This document shows positions 35,646-48,400 of a DNA stretch of 64,000 bases, piece by piece. This DNA is from Azolla caroliniana (Eukaryota > Plantae > Polypodiophyta). Both the position numbers and the translations under genes were made by a program. Each line of letters begins with the position of its first letter. Within the stretch, counting starts at the first letter, position 1. The DNA is taken from the NCBI GenBank assembly GCA_043228905.1, contig JBHGNT010000007.1, positions 11,470,001 to 11,534,000 on the forward strand, given 5' to 3'. The notes beneath the pieces are model-generated. The model worked only from the letters and a program-made list of their open reading frames with translations, was not told the origin of the DNA and made no database searches.

Positions 35646-38370
35646 ATGCCGATCTTCATCTCTACTGCCTTACGCCGATGGCTCCTAGAGAAACGCCTGG
35701 ATGGGTACATCCGGGTCGTAGAAGCATCCCCACACCCGGATGCCATGGACATCGCCAGGAAGCTTAACATCGACATGGTCACCAACTCCTCCATCCGGAA
35801 GAAGTTGGACTTGTCATCGCTAGGTGAAAGGCATTTCGAAATCCCTCCTGCAGAGGCGCTGCAGCGATATTTCGGGCCCTATTCCTCCTCCGCCAAGGCC
35901 CATAGAACGAAGCAGATTCTGGATCCCTTCTTCCGTGAAGTTGCCAAGTTCTTGCTAGAAGTCGCTTGCGTACATGTCAACGCATATGGGATGCCCAAGC
36001 CGAAGGCGTGCGGTCTATTGGGGGGTCATCACAGGGCCGACGTTAAGGGAAGGCCTGCATGCGCATCGAGCAAGCAAAAAGCTCAGGCCGATCATACAAC
36101 AATACCTTACGGTACTATTCCCACCCCAAGGCCTGCCGGCACCGCAGCCTAGCTGACCCACGCCCCCGCCCCGATTTGCGAAACGCAAGTTAGCGGAGTT
36201 AGCGGCCCCAGAGTGGGAAGAGGAACCCCAACCTGCCCAACCAGACCTGAGGACAACAACTACCGACCAGTCGGACACACGAACAACACAGGAGGAATAG
36301 CTGGCACGTTCCGTGGAAGCAGCCCCAGAACCAGACACCGAAACACGGCAGGATAGCCTCAGACCGAAACAACATAGATTGGATAGGAAAGATGGGCGGG
36401 GGTTGGTCAAAGACGTCCCCACGACGACAGAGACACCGACCGAAGGCGATGGCTCCGCAACTACGGAACCCAATACCACCTTCAAAATCATCCGGGAGCC
36501 ATGGCCTATCATTATGACCCAGTCCCAACGAGGGAAAGTTGTATTGATGGCGGAAAGCGAGGTTTTGGCATATCCAGATATCCTAGATACGGCCCATGAG
36601 TTTAGCGCCCTCTTACAATTCGGAACTTCTTTCGAGCTCATGGAATTCCTGGCAACACAATAGGTCAAAGCCTCCCAATGAATGGCCGAAGAGCACGCGG
36701 AACGCCAGATGATCAAGTGCGCCCTAACACAAACGGCGGAGAGCAACGATGACGATCGGTTAGCCAGGGTCGGCAGACAGAGGAACGCCGGGGTATGCCG
36801 AGTGGGGATGGAGATACCCCCATTAAACACGGCCCCAGTCGAAGTCCATAGGGAATTGGCAAAGGTCAGCACGGGCACCAAGGAGATGGCCATTAAAAAT
36901 AAGAATGTCTAGAAGAAGGTGAAACTGACCCAAGCCGAACTGGAAAAAGTCAACGAACGCATCGCGGAGTTGGAAGCTAACGCAACTACGGTGCAACACA
37001 CAACTCTGCCACGAAACCACGCCATCGACGCTTTAAAGGAAGAAATTGAGGCTTAGACCGCCATCGCCTCAAAAGCGAAAAGGGTCGTGCAACTAGCGGA
37101 ATCAGAAATTGACCGCCTTCGAGCTGAACTACGCCAATCCTCAGACAGAGAAAAGGAGATATGGGCTAACGACCGGAAGGCAGTAAAAACCCTTGAAGAG
37201 AAACTCGCTATGGAGGTAGCTCAGCACATCCGGACAAAAGACGAAAACACTCAATTACGGGAGGACGCAAAGAAATCAGAGGCGGCAATCGCGGGACTCT
37301 GGGCCTTATTAGAGAAAAAGAAGGTATGGTTCGACGAGCAGCTGATGGTAGAACAAGAAAGAAGGCATCAGCTAGAAATCCGCCTAAACAATGAAATGGG
37401 GAAATTAGAAGAACAACATGCAAAGGAAGCCCAGCTGTGGGCGGGCCTGAAGGCCACGTACGAAGAAGCAGCGGCGGTTAAACAACAAGAAATTGCAAAC
37501 CTCCAGAAGTTGATGGAGGACACACCAGGCCATCACAGATAACGTGTGTATCCTTCTCCAAACAAATCGGGAGAGGTTCACAACGCAATTGGAAACGGCG
37601 TTGGACAAAGGATGGATGGCATGGGCAACCCAAGTAGCGGAATTGCACGCGTATCGTGCAGACTGGGAGAACCGGCGAAAAGATGGCCAAGGGTTCTATA
37701 AACTAAATGAGGACAACATTGCGGCCGTACAAGAGGACCTAGCAGAAGACTATCATGCGCTAGCGGACCAACACTCTGAAGAACTCGCACAACTCTTAGA
37801 TGATTTTGGTGAAAGCCAGGAGGGGCTATTTCACCAGATCACACAAGCCGGCAACACGCGAACAAACGAGTAATCCAACGCAACACCAATTCCGGGCACG
37901 GCAGAAGAAGAGGAACCTCAGGCCCGATCACCAGAATTACAACGACGGTGAACAACAATGACCGATGAGTGGAGTCCCCCACAACACCAGACAACGAAAC
38001 CACGGCCCAAGAGGAGGTTCATCCGCATGAACCCACGCTATCATCGGACCACACGGAGAACGGTGCGGGCCAGGCAGAATCGCCGCCCCACTCCCCGGAA
38101 CGTACAAAGACAGCCGACACCACGGAGGAAGTAACGATTGAGACAGAGCCGCGGACGATTGCAAGCATGACGACGACGGAGCCCAACCCACTAGTTCAAG
38201 AGGAGACCACTGTACCCGGACTGCCCACACACGACGACTGCGACACCGGGAGAAACCAGTCCGACCAAATAGGAGAGCCACACCACGATGCACCTATGAG
38301 CCCTACGTCGCGTCTGGATGTGGACGCCGCAGTAGAGCCAAACATCCGGGCCATTTTGGAAGAGGATTAA
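35646..38370 (+). pseudogene. Extra 3' ORF of the gypsy element, fragmented; coiled-coil and acidic regions, function unknown
   Basis: Consecutive + ORFs 35457-36152, 36313-36663, 36682-36912, 37087-37542 (E/K/Q-rich heptads), 37544-37873, 37969-38370. Confidence 0.7.
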
Positions 38371-40186
38371 CGGGATGGGTCCGACGTGCCAGGGCACTGT
38401 CCCACAGGCGTGCCAGGTGTTGTCCGCCGGAATAGTAACCGACGGACAAGAGCGTAGGAATAAGAAATAATATAAGATCATAACGCATGTAATGGTTCAC
38501 GCAAGAAGCGTGAATGGCTAGATAGACCCTGTGTATATAAAGGGCAGAAAACCTCTGATAGAGGGCGCGTGTAATTTTGGAATGTAAGGAAATGTATCAT
38601 AATAGAATTCCATCTTCTCTGAAAGTCTGTGTATAGCTACGGCTAATCCATTGTGTGTTTGGAATACCTGAGCGTGTAAGAACGTAAGTGTAACCCTTGC
38701 TAAGGAGTCAGTTGTAGCCGTCTCCCTTATACGCTAATAGATTACAGGGAACATTCTCCTACACATCACGCATAAACACCTATTTGTTGTTCCACAACCA
38801 CTTGGATGTCTAGGTAGAAGGACTGACCGCAGACCTTGTTCCTAATCGGCAACAAGAACCGAGGCACAAACATAGTGTCGGCAACAGTTCCGGACCTCTA
38901 CAAGCAAGAGGAGTCAAGCCAGTGCTGGAAACCAGAAAGGAAAGGCCGACACGGAATGTTGGTAAGAAAGGCCATAGAGAAAGCCATTGTTGGATGAAGC
39001 GCGCTGATTCGGATAAATCCGGATCCGGCTCGCACTACGCAGATGGATCGGAAGGATCCGGAACTGGGAAGACCGGAAAAGGGCTAGTCTTCGTGATGAA
39101 GCACAAGGCAAACTCCATGAAGAAGAACACTTCCAGATCGGAGGAAGTATGATATGTTGATTTCGGAGCGTCAAACCACATGACGATCCACAAAGAGTGG
39201 TTCTCGTTTTTCGAGAAACCGGAACAACCGGGTATCGTCGAAACCGGAGACGACACCCCTCACCCGATTGTGCATGTCAGAGAAGTCCCTTTAAGCCATG
39301 TTGGACAAAATGAAAACTGATGAACGTATTACACATTCCTACTCTCACAAAGAACCTGGTATCGGTCGGACAAATCATCAACTAGGGTATGCAGTTGCGG
39401 TTTACGCACCTCGGGTGCTTCATTGAGGAAGAAGGCCGGATAATCGCGCAAGGGCGTAGGGAAGGGAGGATGTTCATCCTCAACACAAATGACGTCGGCA
39501 CCGCCATGTTTGCCAAAGGACAGAAGATTGAATCGGACATCGATCTCTAGCATAAGCGGATCGGCCACCTCAACTACTGGAGGCTTCAAGATCTGCAATC
39601 AAAAAAAGTTTGTTGAGAGACAAGCTCAACATCGGCCGGATCGGCTGAAGAAGCCGAGGACCGGATCGGTTGGGACCGATCGGTTAGGCCGAGTGCATAA
39701 ACTGGGAGGCCGTTAGGAAAGATATTCCGTGAGGAATATATTTGGGAGTTAGTGTAGGAGCTCTTGATGAGCATTGAAGTACTGTCAGTACTTCGGTCAG
39801 TCCTTCTAGGACTTGTATAAAAGTGCTCACTGAGCACGTCTTATGTATAGATTGAGTATTATTGTTGAATATAGTTTTTTGAGTTTCTCTCTCTGTCTCT
39901 CCCGAGTATATTGCGTAAGCTCAAGCTCTCCATTGAACCTGAGTTTCCTTCCTTCTGTTTGGTCTTCATACTTGTTTCCGCACGTTACTTTCTCCATGGT
40001 ATCAAAGCGCGAGGGTTGAGAACCTCTCTGCAGCCGACACAGCTTGATGAAGAAGAACAAGAAGAACGATGGATAGAGGCATGGCGAGCTCGCTTCCAAC
40101 AGAGAAGCTCGACAGAACCAACTACGCGTCTTGGTTCTACAAGATGCACCAATACCTGCTCGGGCACGGCTACTGGAGTTATGTCG

Positions 40187-43100
40187 TGTTGGGATTACGG
40201 TCCCTTTCGGATGGGATGGTCGGATGTCGGAGATGAATGACGACAAGCCCGGTTTCGGTTTCGGAACCGGATGATGAAGATCCCGGTTACGGAGCCGGAT
40301 GACGAATGTACCCGGAGAGAGATCCGGATGCGGGGATATATTCGTGAATATGTTTGCCAAGAGCCCTTGAGGCTATAGTTGTAAATAGCCCGAAAGTCAT
40401 ATGTGTATAAATATGACTTAGGGCAAACAGTTTTAATGTTGCTACTCATTTTTCTGTTTTTCCACTCAAGAGGAGTGAAGAGAGAGCAACCGTGAGAGAG
40501 ATAGAGCGTGAGAGAGGAAGAGGTCGACGCCTCTGTGTATTTCCGCCGCCTGTGGCGAGGACAGCGAGCTCAAGGTCGTCGCCTTGTAGCTCGCCATTGT
40601 ATACTTCTCTGTGCATAGTTTTGCTTCGGAGTCTTGTACTCCCGTGGTTTTTCCCATACAGGGTTTTCCACGTTAAATCGTGTGTCCACTGCATTTCCCA
40701 TTTTCTGCAACAACGATTCGTGTGTTTTCCTTGGTTGTGGCCGAGAGGTGAAGTTTGGAAAATTTCGATTATTTCCATCAATTTGGTATCAGAGCGAGTT
40801 GCTGCAGAAAATGGAAGGCGGCGGCAGCGGGCAGCCGGGGATGATGGTGCTGAATGCGCAGAATTACGCCGACTGGAAGATCAAGATGGAGGATCTTCTG
40901 ATTGTTCGGGACCTGTACGAACCGATTGACAGGTCGGAAATACCGAAGGGGGTACTTGAGTCGGAATGGAGGCTTCTGAACCGGAAAGCCGTTGCAACCA
41001 TTCGGCAATACGTAGACGTGAGCGTTCTACAACATGTGGCGAACGACACCAACGCATATGAGATGTGGCGGAAGCTGTCGGGCCTCTATGAGAGGAAGAA
41101 TGCGTTGAACCGGACCTCCCTGATGAGGAAGATAGTGAACCTCAAGTACCGGGACGGCGAGAGTATGGTGGAACACGTAAGCACGTTCATGGGATTCGTG
41201 AACCAGCTTGCGGCGATCAAGTTCCCGCTGGAGGATGCAATGCAAGCCATCATTCTGATGTGTACATTGCCGGAAAGCTGGGAGAACTTGGTGGTGACTC
41301 TCAGCACCTCCTGCACCGAAGATAACTTGTCCCTACAAACGGTAAAGACAAGTATTTTGAACGAAGAAGCGCGTCGGAGAGATAAAGAACCGGCCTCCGA
41401 CTCGAAGGCGCTGCTTACCGAATCGGATCGGGGAAGACAATGGAACCGGAGTCCGCAAAGACGGGAGAAGTCGGGGACACGGTCGCAGTCAAGAGGAAGG
41501 CCCACATGCTTCCACTGTGGGAAGCCGGGGCACTTCCGAAAGAATTGTCGGCATTACCGAAAAGACAACAGAGCCGACGACACCGATTCGAAGAAGTCTT
41601 CGGAACGGAACGGTGCTTACCGGGGAGCCACGGACCGGAATGGTTCGGATCGGCGAGGGCAGGACCGGAAAGGAACGACGGCACTCGCGGCAAGTGAAGA
41701 GGAGGTCATGCTCATCACCGAAGAAGGTGAACTAAACATTGCCGGCGATGAGACTACCTGGGTGGTCGATTCCGGAGCGTCGTTCCACCTGACCCCGGAA
41801 AGAAGATACTTCTCATCCTACACAGTCGGTGAGCATGGCTGTGTTCGGATGGGAAATGAAGGTACGTGCCGGATTGCCGGCATAGGAGACGTGTGGTTGA
41901 CAACCCCGACCGGATGCAAAATGCTGCTGAAGGATGTCCGACACGTTCCGGAGGTTCGATTGAACCTGATTTCGACCGGGAGGCTAGACGATGAAGGCTA
42001 CACAGGTAGCATCCGGAACGGCGTAATGAAGTTCAGCAAGGGAAGCCTGATAGTGGCTCGGGCCCGGAAAGTCAACACATTGTACCTTATGAATGCCTGG
42101 TTGTGTCCGGAAGAGTTGAACGTGGCAGCCGACACTGCCGGTGAGCTGTGGCACAAGAGACTGTGCCACATGAGTGAGAAGGGGATGAAGAGGCTTGCAG
42201 AAGACAACCTTATTCCAGTGAAGCATGTGCACCTGGAGAAGTGCACCGATTGCCTGGCCGGTAAGCAGAACCGAACCTCCTTCCACTCAAGGCCACCGAC
42301 GAGACGTAGCGCACCATTGGAGTTGGTGCATACTGATGTGTGTCAGGTAGAAACGAAGTCACATGGCGGAGCCCAGTACTTCGTGACATTCATTGATGAT
42401 CACAGCCGGAAGCTATGGACGGCACCGTTGAAGACAAAGGACCAAGTGTTGTCCGTCTTCAAAGAACTCCACGCAAGAGTGGAAAGGGAATCCGGCAAGA
42501 AGCTGAAAGCGATACGAGCGGATAACGGAGGGGAATACCGGGGGCAGTTCGCGGAGTACTGTCGCTCGAAGGGAATCCGGCTCGAGTTTACTGTGCCGAA
42601 GACGCCGGAACTAAACGGGTTGGCCGAGAGGATGAACCGGACCATAATGGACAGGGTCCGGAGTATGCTGGCGCATGCGGAATTACCCAAGGGGTTTTGG
42701 GCTGAGGCGATGTCGACGGCGACATACGTGATAAACAGATCACCCTCAGTACCTTTGGACGGAGACACGCCGCAGAGAGTGTGGACCGGTAGGGAAGTAT
42801 CCTACCGGCATATGAAGGTGTTCGGGTGTCTCGCATATGTGCATGTGGCTAAGGACCGGAGAGGAAAGCTAGATCCAAAGACCCGGCCATGCATATTCCT
42901 CGGTTACGGCGATGACGAGTTCGGCTACCGAGTATGGGACCCGGTCGACAAGAAGATATTCCGGAGTCGTGATATCATCTTCATGGAGAACAAGACACTC
43001 GCCGACTGGGAGTCGGAGAAGAAGATGAAGAGCTCCAAGTCGACCGGTGAGGATCAACTCTACGAGGAGCAGTCCCGACCGGCAAGGGACCGGTTAGCAC

Positions 43101-45488
43101 TCGAGGATCCGGCCGAAGACGGTGAAGAAACAGAACCGGTCGAGGAAGATGAAACTGATACCGGAACCGGCCCCGATCCCGAAATGGGTTCGGATGAAGA
43201 GGAAACGGAGGAGCCGGTCACCGAAGCTCCGGAACGGAGATATCCTCTAAGAGAGAGAAGGGCCCCCCGGAGATTTCCGGAACCAGAGCACGTGCTGCTA
43301 ACCGACGAAGGGGAGCCGGAGAGCTTTGAAGAAGCAAAGCATGACACCCAGAGCCGCAGGTGGTTGAGTGCCATGCAGGATGAGATGGATTCCCTGCATG
43401 AGAACCACACATATGAACTTGTGGAGTTGCCGAAAGGAAAGCGGGCACTTCGAAACAAGTGGGTGTTCAAGCTGAAACCGGGAGATGCCGGAAACCCCCC
43501 GAGATACAAAGCCAGGATCGTGGTGAAGGGGTTTCAGCAAAAGAAGGGCGTCGACTTCGACGAGATATTTGCCCCGGTAGTGAAGATGACCTCCATCCGG
43601 ACGGTGCTGAGCATAGCGGCAAGCATGGACCTCGAGGTAGAACAGATGGACGTGAAGACGACATTCCTTCACGGTGACCTCGAAGAAGAGATCTACATGC
43701 AGCAACCGGAAGGATTCGAGAAGAAAGGGAAGGAGCACCTGGTATGCCGGTTGAAGAAGAGCCTTTACGGACTGAAGCAGGCTCCCCGGCAATGGTACCG
43801 GAAGTTCGACTCTTTCATGACCGACGAAGGGTACCTCAAAACGCAGTCCGACCACTGCGTGTTTGTGAAGAAGTTCGAAGGAGGAGACTTTCTAATACTC
43901 CTCCTGTACGTGGACGACATGTTGATCGTCGGACGAGACCAGGTCAAGATACGGATGCTGAAGAAGGCTCTTCACCGAACCTTCTCAATGAAGGACTTGG
44001 GTCCGGCGAGACAAATAGTAGGGATGCACATCATCCGGGACCGGAGCAAGAAGCAGTTGTGACTGTCACAGGAGAAGTACGTGACAAAGGTGCTTAAACG
44101 GTTCAACATGTCGGAAGCAAGACCGGTCGGGTCAACCCTCCCGACAAACTGCAAGCTGTCCAGCAAGCAAAGCCCCAAGACAAAGGCTGAGAAGGAGGAC
44201 ATGATGAAAGTGCCATATGCCTCTGCCGTCGGAAGCTTGATGTACGCAATGGTGTGTACCCGACCGGACATCGGATATGCAGTCGGAGTGGTGAGCCGGT
44301 ACATGAGCAATCCCGGCAAAGAGCATTGGAACGCGGCCAAGTGGATACTCCGATACCTGAAGGGCACGGCAAACGTGTACCTCCGATTCGGCTCCGGTAA
44401 GCCCGAACTTGACGGTTTTACCGATTCGGATATGTCGGCTGATGCAGATACCTGTCGGCCCACATCCGGGTATGTGATGACCTATGCAGGGGGAGCCGTT
44501 TCGTGGCAGTCGAGGCTGCAGAAGACGGTTGCGTTGTCAACCACGGAGGCGGAGTACATGGCAGCTGTTGAAGCCGGCAAGGAAATAATATGGATGAAGG
44601 ACTTCATTAGAGAGCTCGGGATCCGGCAGGAGGAGTACCGACTCTACTGCGATAGTCAGAGTGCCATCCACCTTGCAAAGAACGCGGCCTACCATTCCCG
44701 AACGAAACACATCCAGCGTAGATACCACTCGATCCGGGAAAGGAAGGAAGACAAGGAGTTCGTGCTGACGAAGATCCACACGGACGAGAACGGGTCGGAT
44801 ATGCTGACCAAGGTGCTCACACCCGACAAGCTGGAAGCATGCCGGAAGAGGATCGGATTGGAGAGACATCCCATGCCGAAGTGAAGGGGGAGTTTGTTGG
44901 GATTACGGTCCCTTTCGGATGGGATGGTCGGATGTCAGAGATGAATGACGACAAGCCCGGTTTCGGTTTCGGAACCGGATGATGAAGATCCCGGTTACGG
45001 AGCCGGATGACGAATGTACCCGGAGAGAGATCCGGATGCGGGGATATATTCGTGAATATGTTTGCCAAGAGCCCTTGAGGCTATAGTTGTAAATAGCCCG
45101 AAAGTCATATGTGTATAAATATGACTTAGGGCAAACAGTTTTAATGTTGCTACTCATTTTTCTGTTTTTCCACTCAAGAGGAGTGAAGAGAGAGCAGCCA
45201 TGAGAGAGATAGAGCGTGAGAGAGGAAGAGGTCGACGCCTCTGTGTATTTCCGCCGCCTGCGGCGAGGACAGCGAGCTCAAGGTTGTCGCCTTGCAGCTC
45301 GCCATTGTATACTTCTCTGTGCATAGTTTTGCTTCGGAGTCTTATACTCCCGTGGTTTTTCCCGTACAGGGTTTTCCACGTTAAATCGTGTGTCCACTGC
45401 ATTTCCCATTTTCTGCAACAACGATTCGTGTGTTTTCCTTGGTTGTGGCCGAGAGGTGAAGTTTGGAAAATTTCGATTATTTCCATCA
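40187..45488 (+). mobile_element. Full-length Tork-like copia nested in Bryco-like gag
   Basis: 594-bp LTRs 40187-40780 and 44895-45488 (about 8 transitions by eye), TSD TGTCG (40182-40186, 45489-45493), PBS 40784-40795, PPT ~44878-44892. Confidence 0.98.
40811..44884 (+). pseudogene. Copia gag-pol with a single nonsense codon (TGA 44060-44062 at a conserved Trp)
   Basis: Colinear with the 1345-aa protein at 15577-19614 (LLWLSQEKY there, QL*LSQEKY here). Confidence 0.95.
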
Positions 45489-48400
45489 TGTCGAAGGAGC
45501 TAATGATGCGGCACCCGAATCGACACACAGAGACTTTCCGTCGTGGGAGCAATCGGCGAGCAGGGTATTATACTGCTTCGTGTCGTGTGTGGGCGAACAA
45601 CTATTGAGCTATGTTCAGGATGTAAAGACGCCGAAGGGTGCGTGGGAAAATCTGAAGAAGATCTTCGCTGCGAGCACCACAGCCAGGAAGCTTCAGCTCC
45701 GACAGGAGTTGAGCAACCTACGACAACACGACTTGTCGGTGGCAGACTATACCTCGAAGATCAAGGATATCTGCGACTCCTTCGCCTCCATAGAGGTGAA
45801 CATCGAGGAGAGCGAGATGGTCCAGATCTGTCTCGGAGGTTTGGCGTTGACGTTCGGAGCATTCCGAATGGCTGTGTGTACCCGGGAGAATACGCCGTCC
45901 TTTTTCGACTTACAGTCGATGCTCCTGGTAGAGGAGAACCACGCGGGTGCGTCTACAAGCACGCACACCGACAACAGAATGTTGTACACAAAGGGAGATA
46001 GGCCCCGTGGACGTGGAGGACGAGGCGAGTCGGCACGCAATGGAGGCAGCTGACGAGATCAAGAAAGAAGGCACCGAAGTGATGCCAACAACAACTCCGG
46101 ACCCTCTGGAAACAGGGGGAGTTGAAGCGATGAGAACCGGCAAGGGAAGTCCATCGCGGAGTGCTGGTACTGTGGCAAGAAAGGCCACAAGGAAAGTGAG
46201 TGTTGGAAGAAGCGCACCGATTCGGAGAGAACTGGTTCCGGGAACGGCTCCAAACATACCGACAAGGGAAATCGGCAGCGATTGCACTACGCCGAAGACT
46301 CCGGGAGAGCCGGAGAAGGGACTGCCTTCGTGACGAGACACGAAGCAAACTCAATGAAGCAGACCACCCCGATTTCGGACGAGGTGTGGTACGTAGACTC
46401 CGGCGCGTCAAACCACATGATGAGCCATAAGGAGTGGTTCTCGTACCTTGAAAAACCGATACAACCTGGAGTAGTTGCAACAGGGGACGACACTCCGCAT
46501 CCGATCGCGAATGTCGAAGAAGTTCCCCTTAGCCATGTCGGGCAGAAAGGGAAACTCATGAACGTGCTGCACGTTCCGACAATCACAAAAAACTTGGTCT
46601 CGGTCGGACAAATCGTCGACCAAGGGATGGAGGTTCGGTTTACACACCTCGGGTGCTTCATTGAGGAAGAAGGCCGTGTGATTGCGCAAGGGCGTAGAGA
46701 CGGGAGGATGTTCATCCTCGACTCCACTGACGGCGGCACCGCAATGTTTGCGAAGGGACAAAAGACCGAGTCGGACATCGACTTGTGGCACAAGCAGATA
46801 AGCCACGTCAACCACCAACGGCTTCAAGATCTGCAATCGAAACAGGTAGTGTTCGGATTGCCCAAATTTAGTGGCCGAAAGGCACAAATTTGTGAAGCCT
46901 GCCAGCTCGGGAAGCAACACCGACTTCCCTTCCCCAACGAGCGAAACCGGAGCCGGAACAAACTCGACCTTATACACTCTGATGTGTGGGGGCCAACACA
47001 AAACATTAGTCTTGGCGAGAGCCGATATTTCTTCTCCTTCATCGACGACCACACGCGGCACACGTGGATCTACCTCATTGAGAGGAAGAGCGAAGTCTTC
47101 GACTGTTTCCGGGACCTCAAAGGGTTCGTGGAAGCCGAAACAGGATGGAAGATCAAGTGCCTGCGGTCGGATGGCGGAAAAGAGTACTTTTCCGGTCAAT
47201 TCAACGGTTATCTACAACAAATGGGAATTCGGCGCGAATTCGGTTGTAGATACACGCCAGAGCAGAACGGCGTGGCCAAGAGGAAGAATCGGTCAGTTGT
47301 GGAATCAGCACGGGCAATGCTGGAGGAAAAGAGCTTGCCTAAGTTCTACTGGGCCGAGGCGGTAAGGACCGCGGTATACATCCAAAACCGGATCGTAGAC
47401 AAAGTGTCGGCGCACGAGGTGTATTTCGGAACGAAGCCGAACTTGCGACACTTGAGGGTGTTCGGTAGCATTGCGTATGTGCATATACCGAAGGAGAAAA
47501 GGAGGAAGCTGGACGCAAAGGCCGAGAAATGCATCTTGGTCGGTTACTCGGACGAGCAGAAGGGTTATAAGTGCTATATCCCTTGCACCAAACAAGCGCG
47601 TGTCAGCTGCGACGTGGTGTTTGACGAGTCCGCATCCTGGTACCTGCCCCCGACTACGAACCTCGACTCCAATCCGAGTTCTGACGATGAGGTCAGCGAG
47701 GCCGAGATGCCTCCGAATGAGCCCGAAATCGAGACCCGCGAAGAGAGTCCGATTTCACTCCGGTTAAGTAGACCGATTGGACGACTAAGTCGGTACGACC
47801 GGTTCGATGAAGAGTCGGCGAGTAGTGGAGACTTGGTCGTGCATTCCCCGCGTAGGAAGCCGAGGAGACGGCTTACGCGCAAAGAGAAAGGGAAGAAGAA
47901 GGTGTCGGATTCCGGCACGGATAGGAGCGAGTCCGACTCCGAGGGAACCAGTGACAAGTCTTTAAAGATGAAGACCGCGTCGACCGAGAAGGCCTCGACA
48001 TCGGCTAATGTGAGATTATGCCGATCTACCCGCCAGAAGAACCCAGTTGTGCGGTTCGGATACAACGAGTACATGGCACATCATTATGCATACATGACCC
48101 GTGTAGCGGAAGTGCGTGAGCCGGAGAGCTACGCAGAAGCGGCTAAAGATGCGAATTGGCGTGCCGCGATGGAGGAAGAGATGCACGCATTGGCGGAGAA
48201 CGAGACCTGGGACCTGGTTGACGCACCAACAAGGGTAAAACCGATCGGGTGTACGGGGGTGTACAAGGTCAAGTACAACATTGATGGCTCGGTCAACCGG
48301 TACAAGGCTCGGCTAGTGGCAAAGGGCTATGCGCAGAAACACGACATCGACTACGATGAGACGTTTGCGTCGGTCGCGAAAATGACGACCGTTCGTGTTT

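Larger units (their letters stand above)
31129..38842. mobile_element. Rearranged non-chromovirus Ty3/gypsy element: gag C-terminus (-), RT-RNase H (-), integrase (+), extra 3' ORF(s) (+), probable LTR ~38370-38842
   Basis: See sub-features; TATA-like tatataaag at ~38534. Confidence 0.88.
29915..39610 (+). mobile_element. Bryco-like copia 5' half (LTR 29915-30358, PBS 30359, gag from 30455), split by a gypsy insert (31129-38842) and cut off at 39610
   Basis: TGTTGAG..CA LTR, TGGTATCAGAGC, gag ORF 30569-31174; gag-protease resumes at 38843 (KKGHRESHC, protease-like GASNHM). Confidence 0.9.

Noticed and set aside
31129-38842. DIRS-like or naturally bidirectional retroelement
   Set aside because: It has a DDE integrase and no tyrosine recombinase, and the strand switch maps to microhomology junctions
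44060-44062. Programmed stop-codon readthrough in copia pol
   Set aside because: TGA replaces a Trp found in the sister element; a simple G-to-A mutation is sufficient
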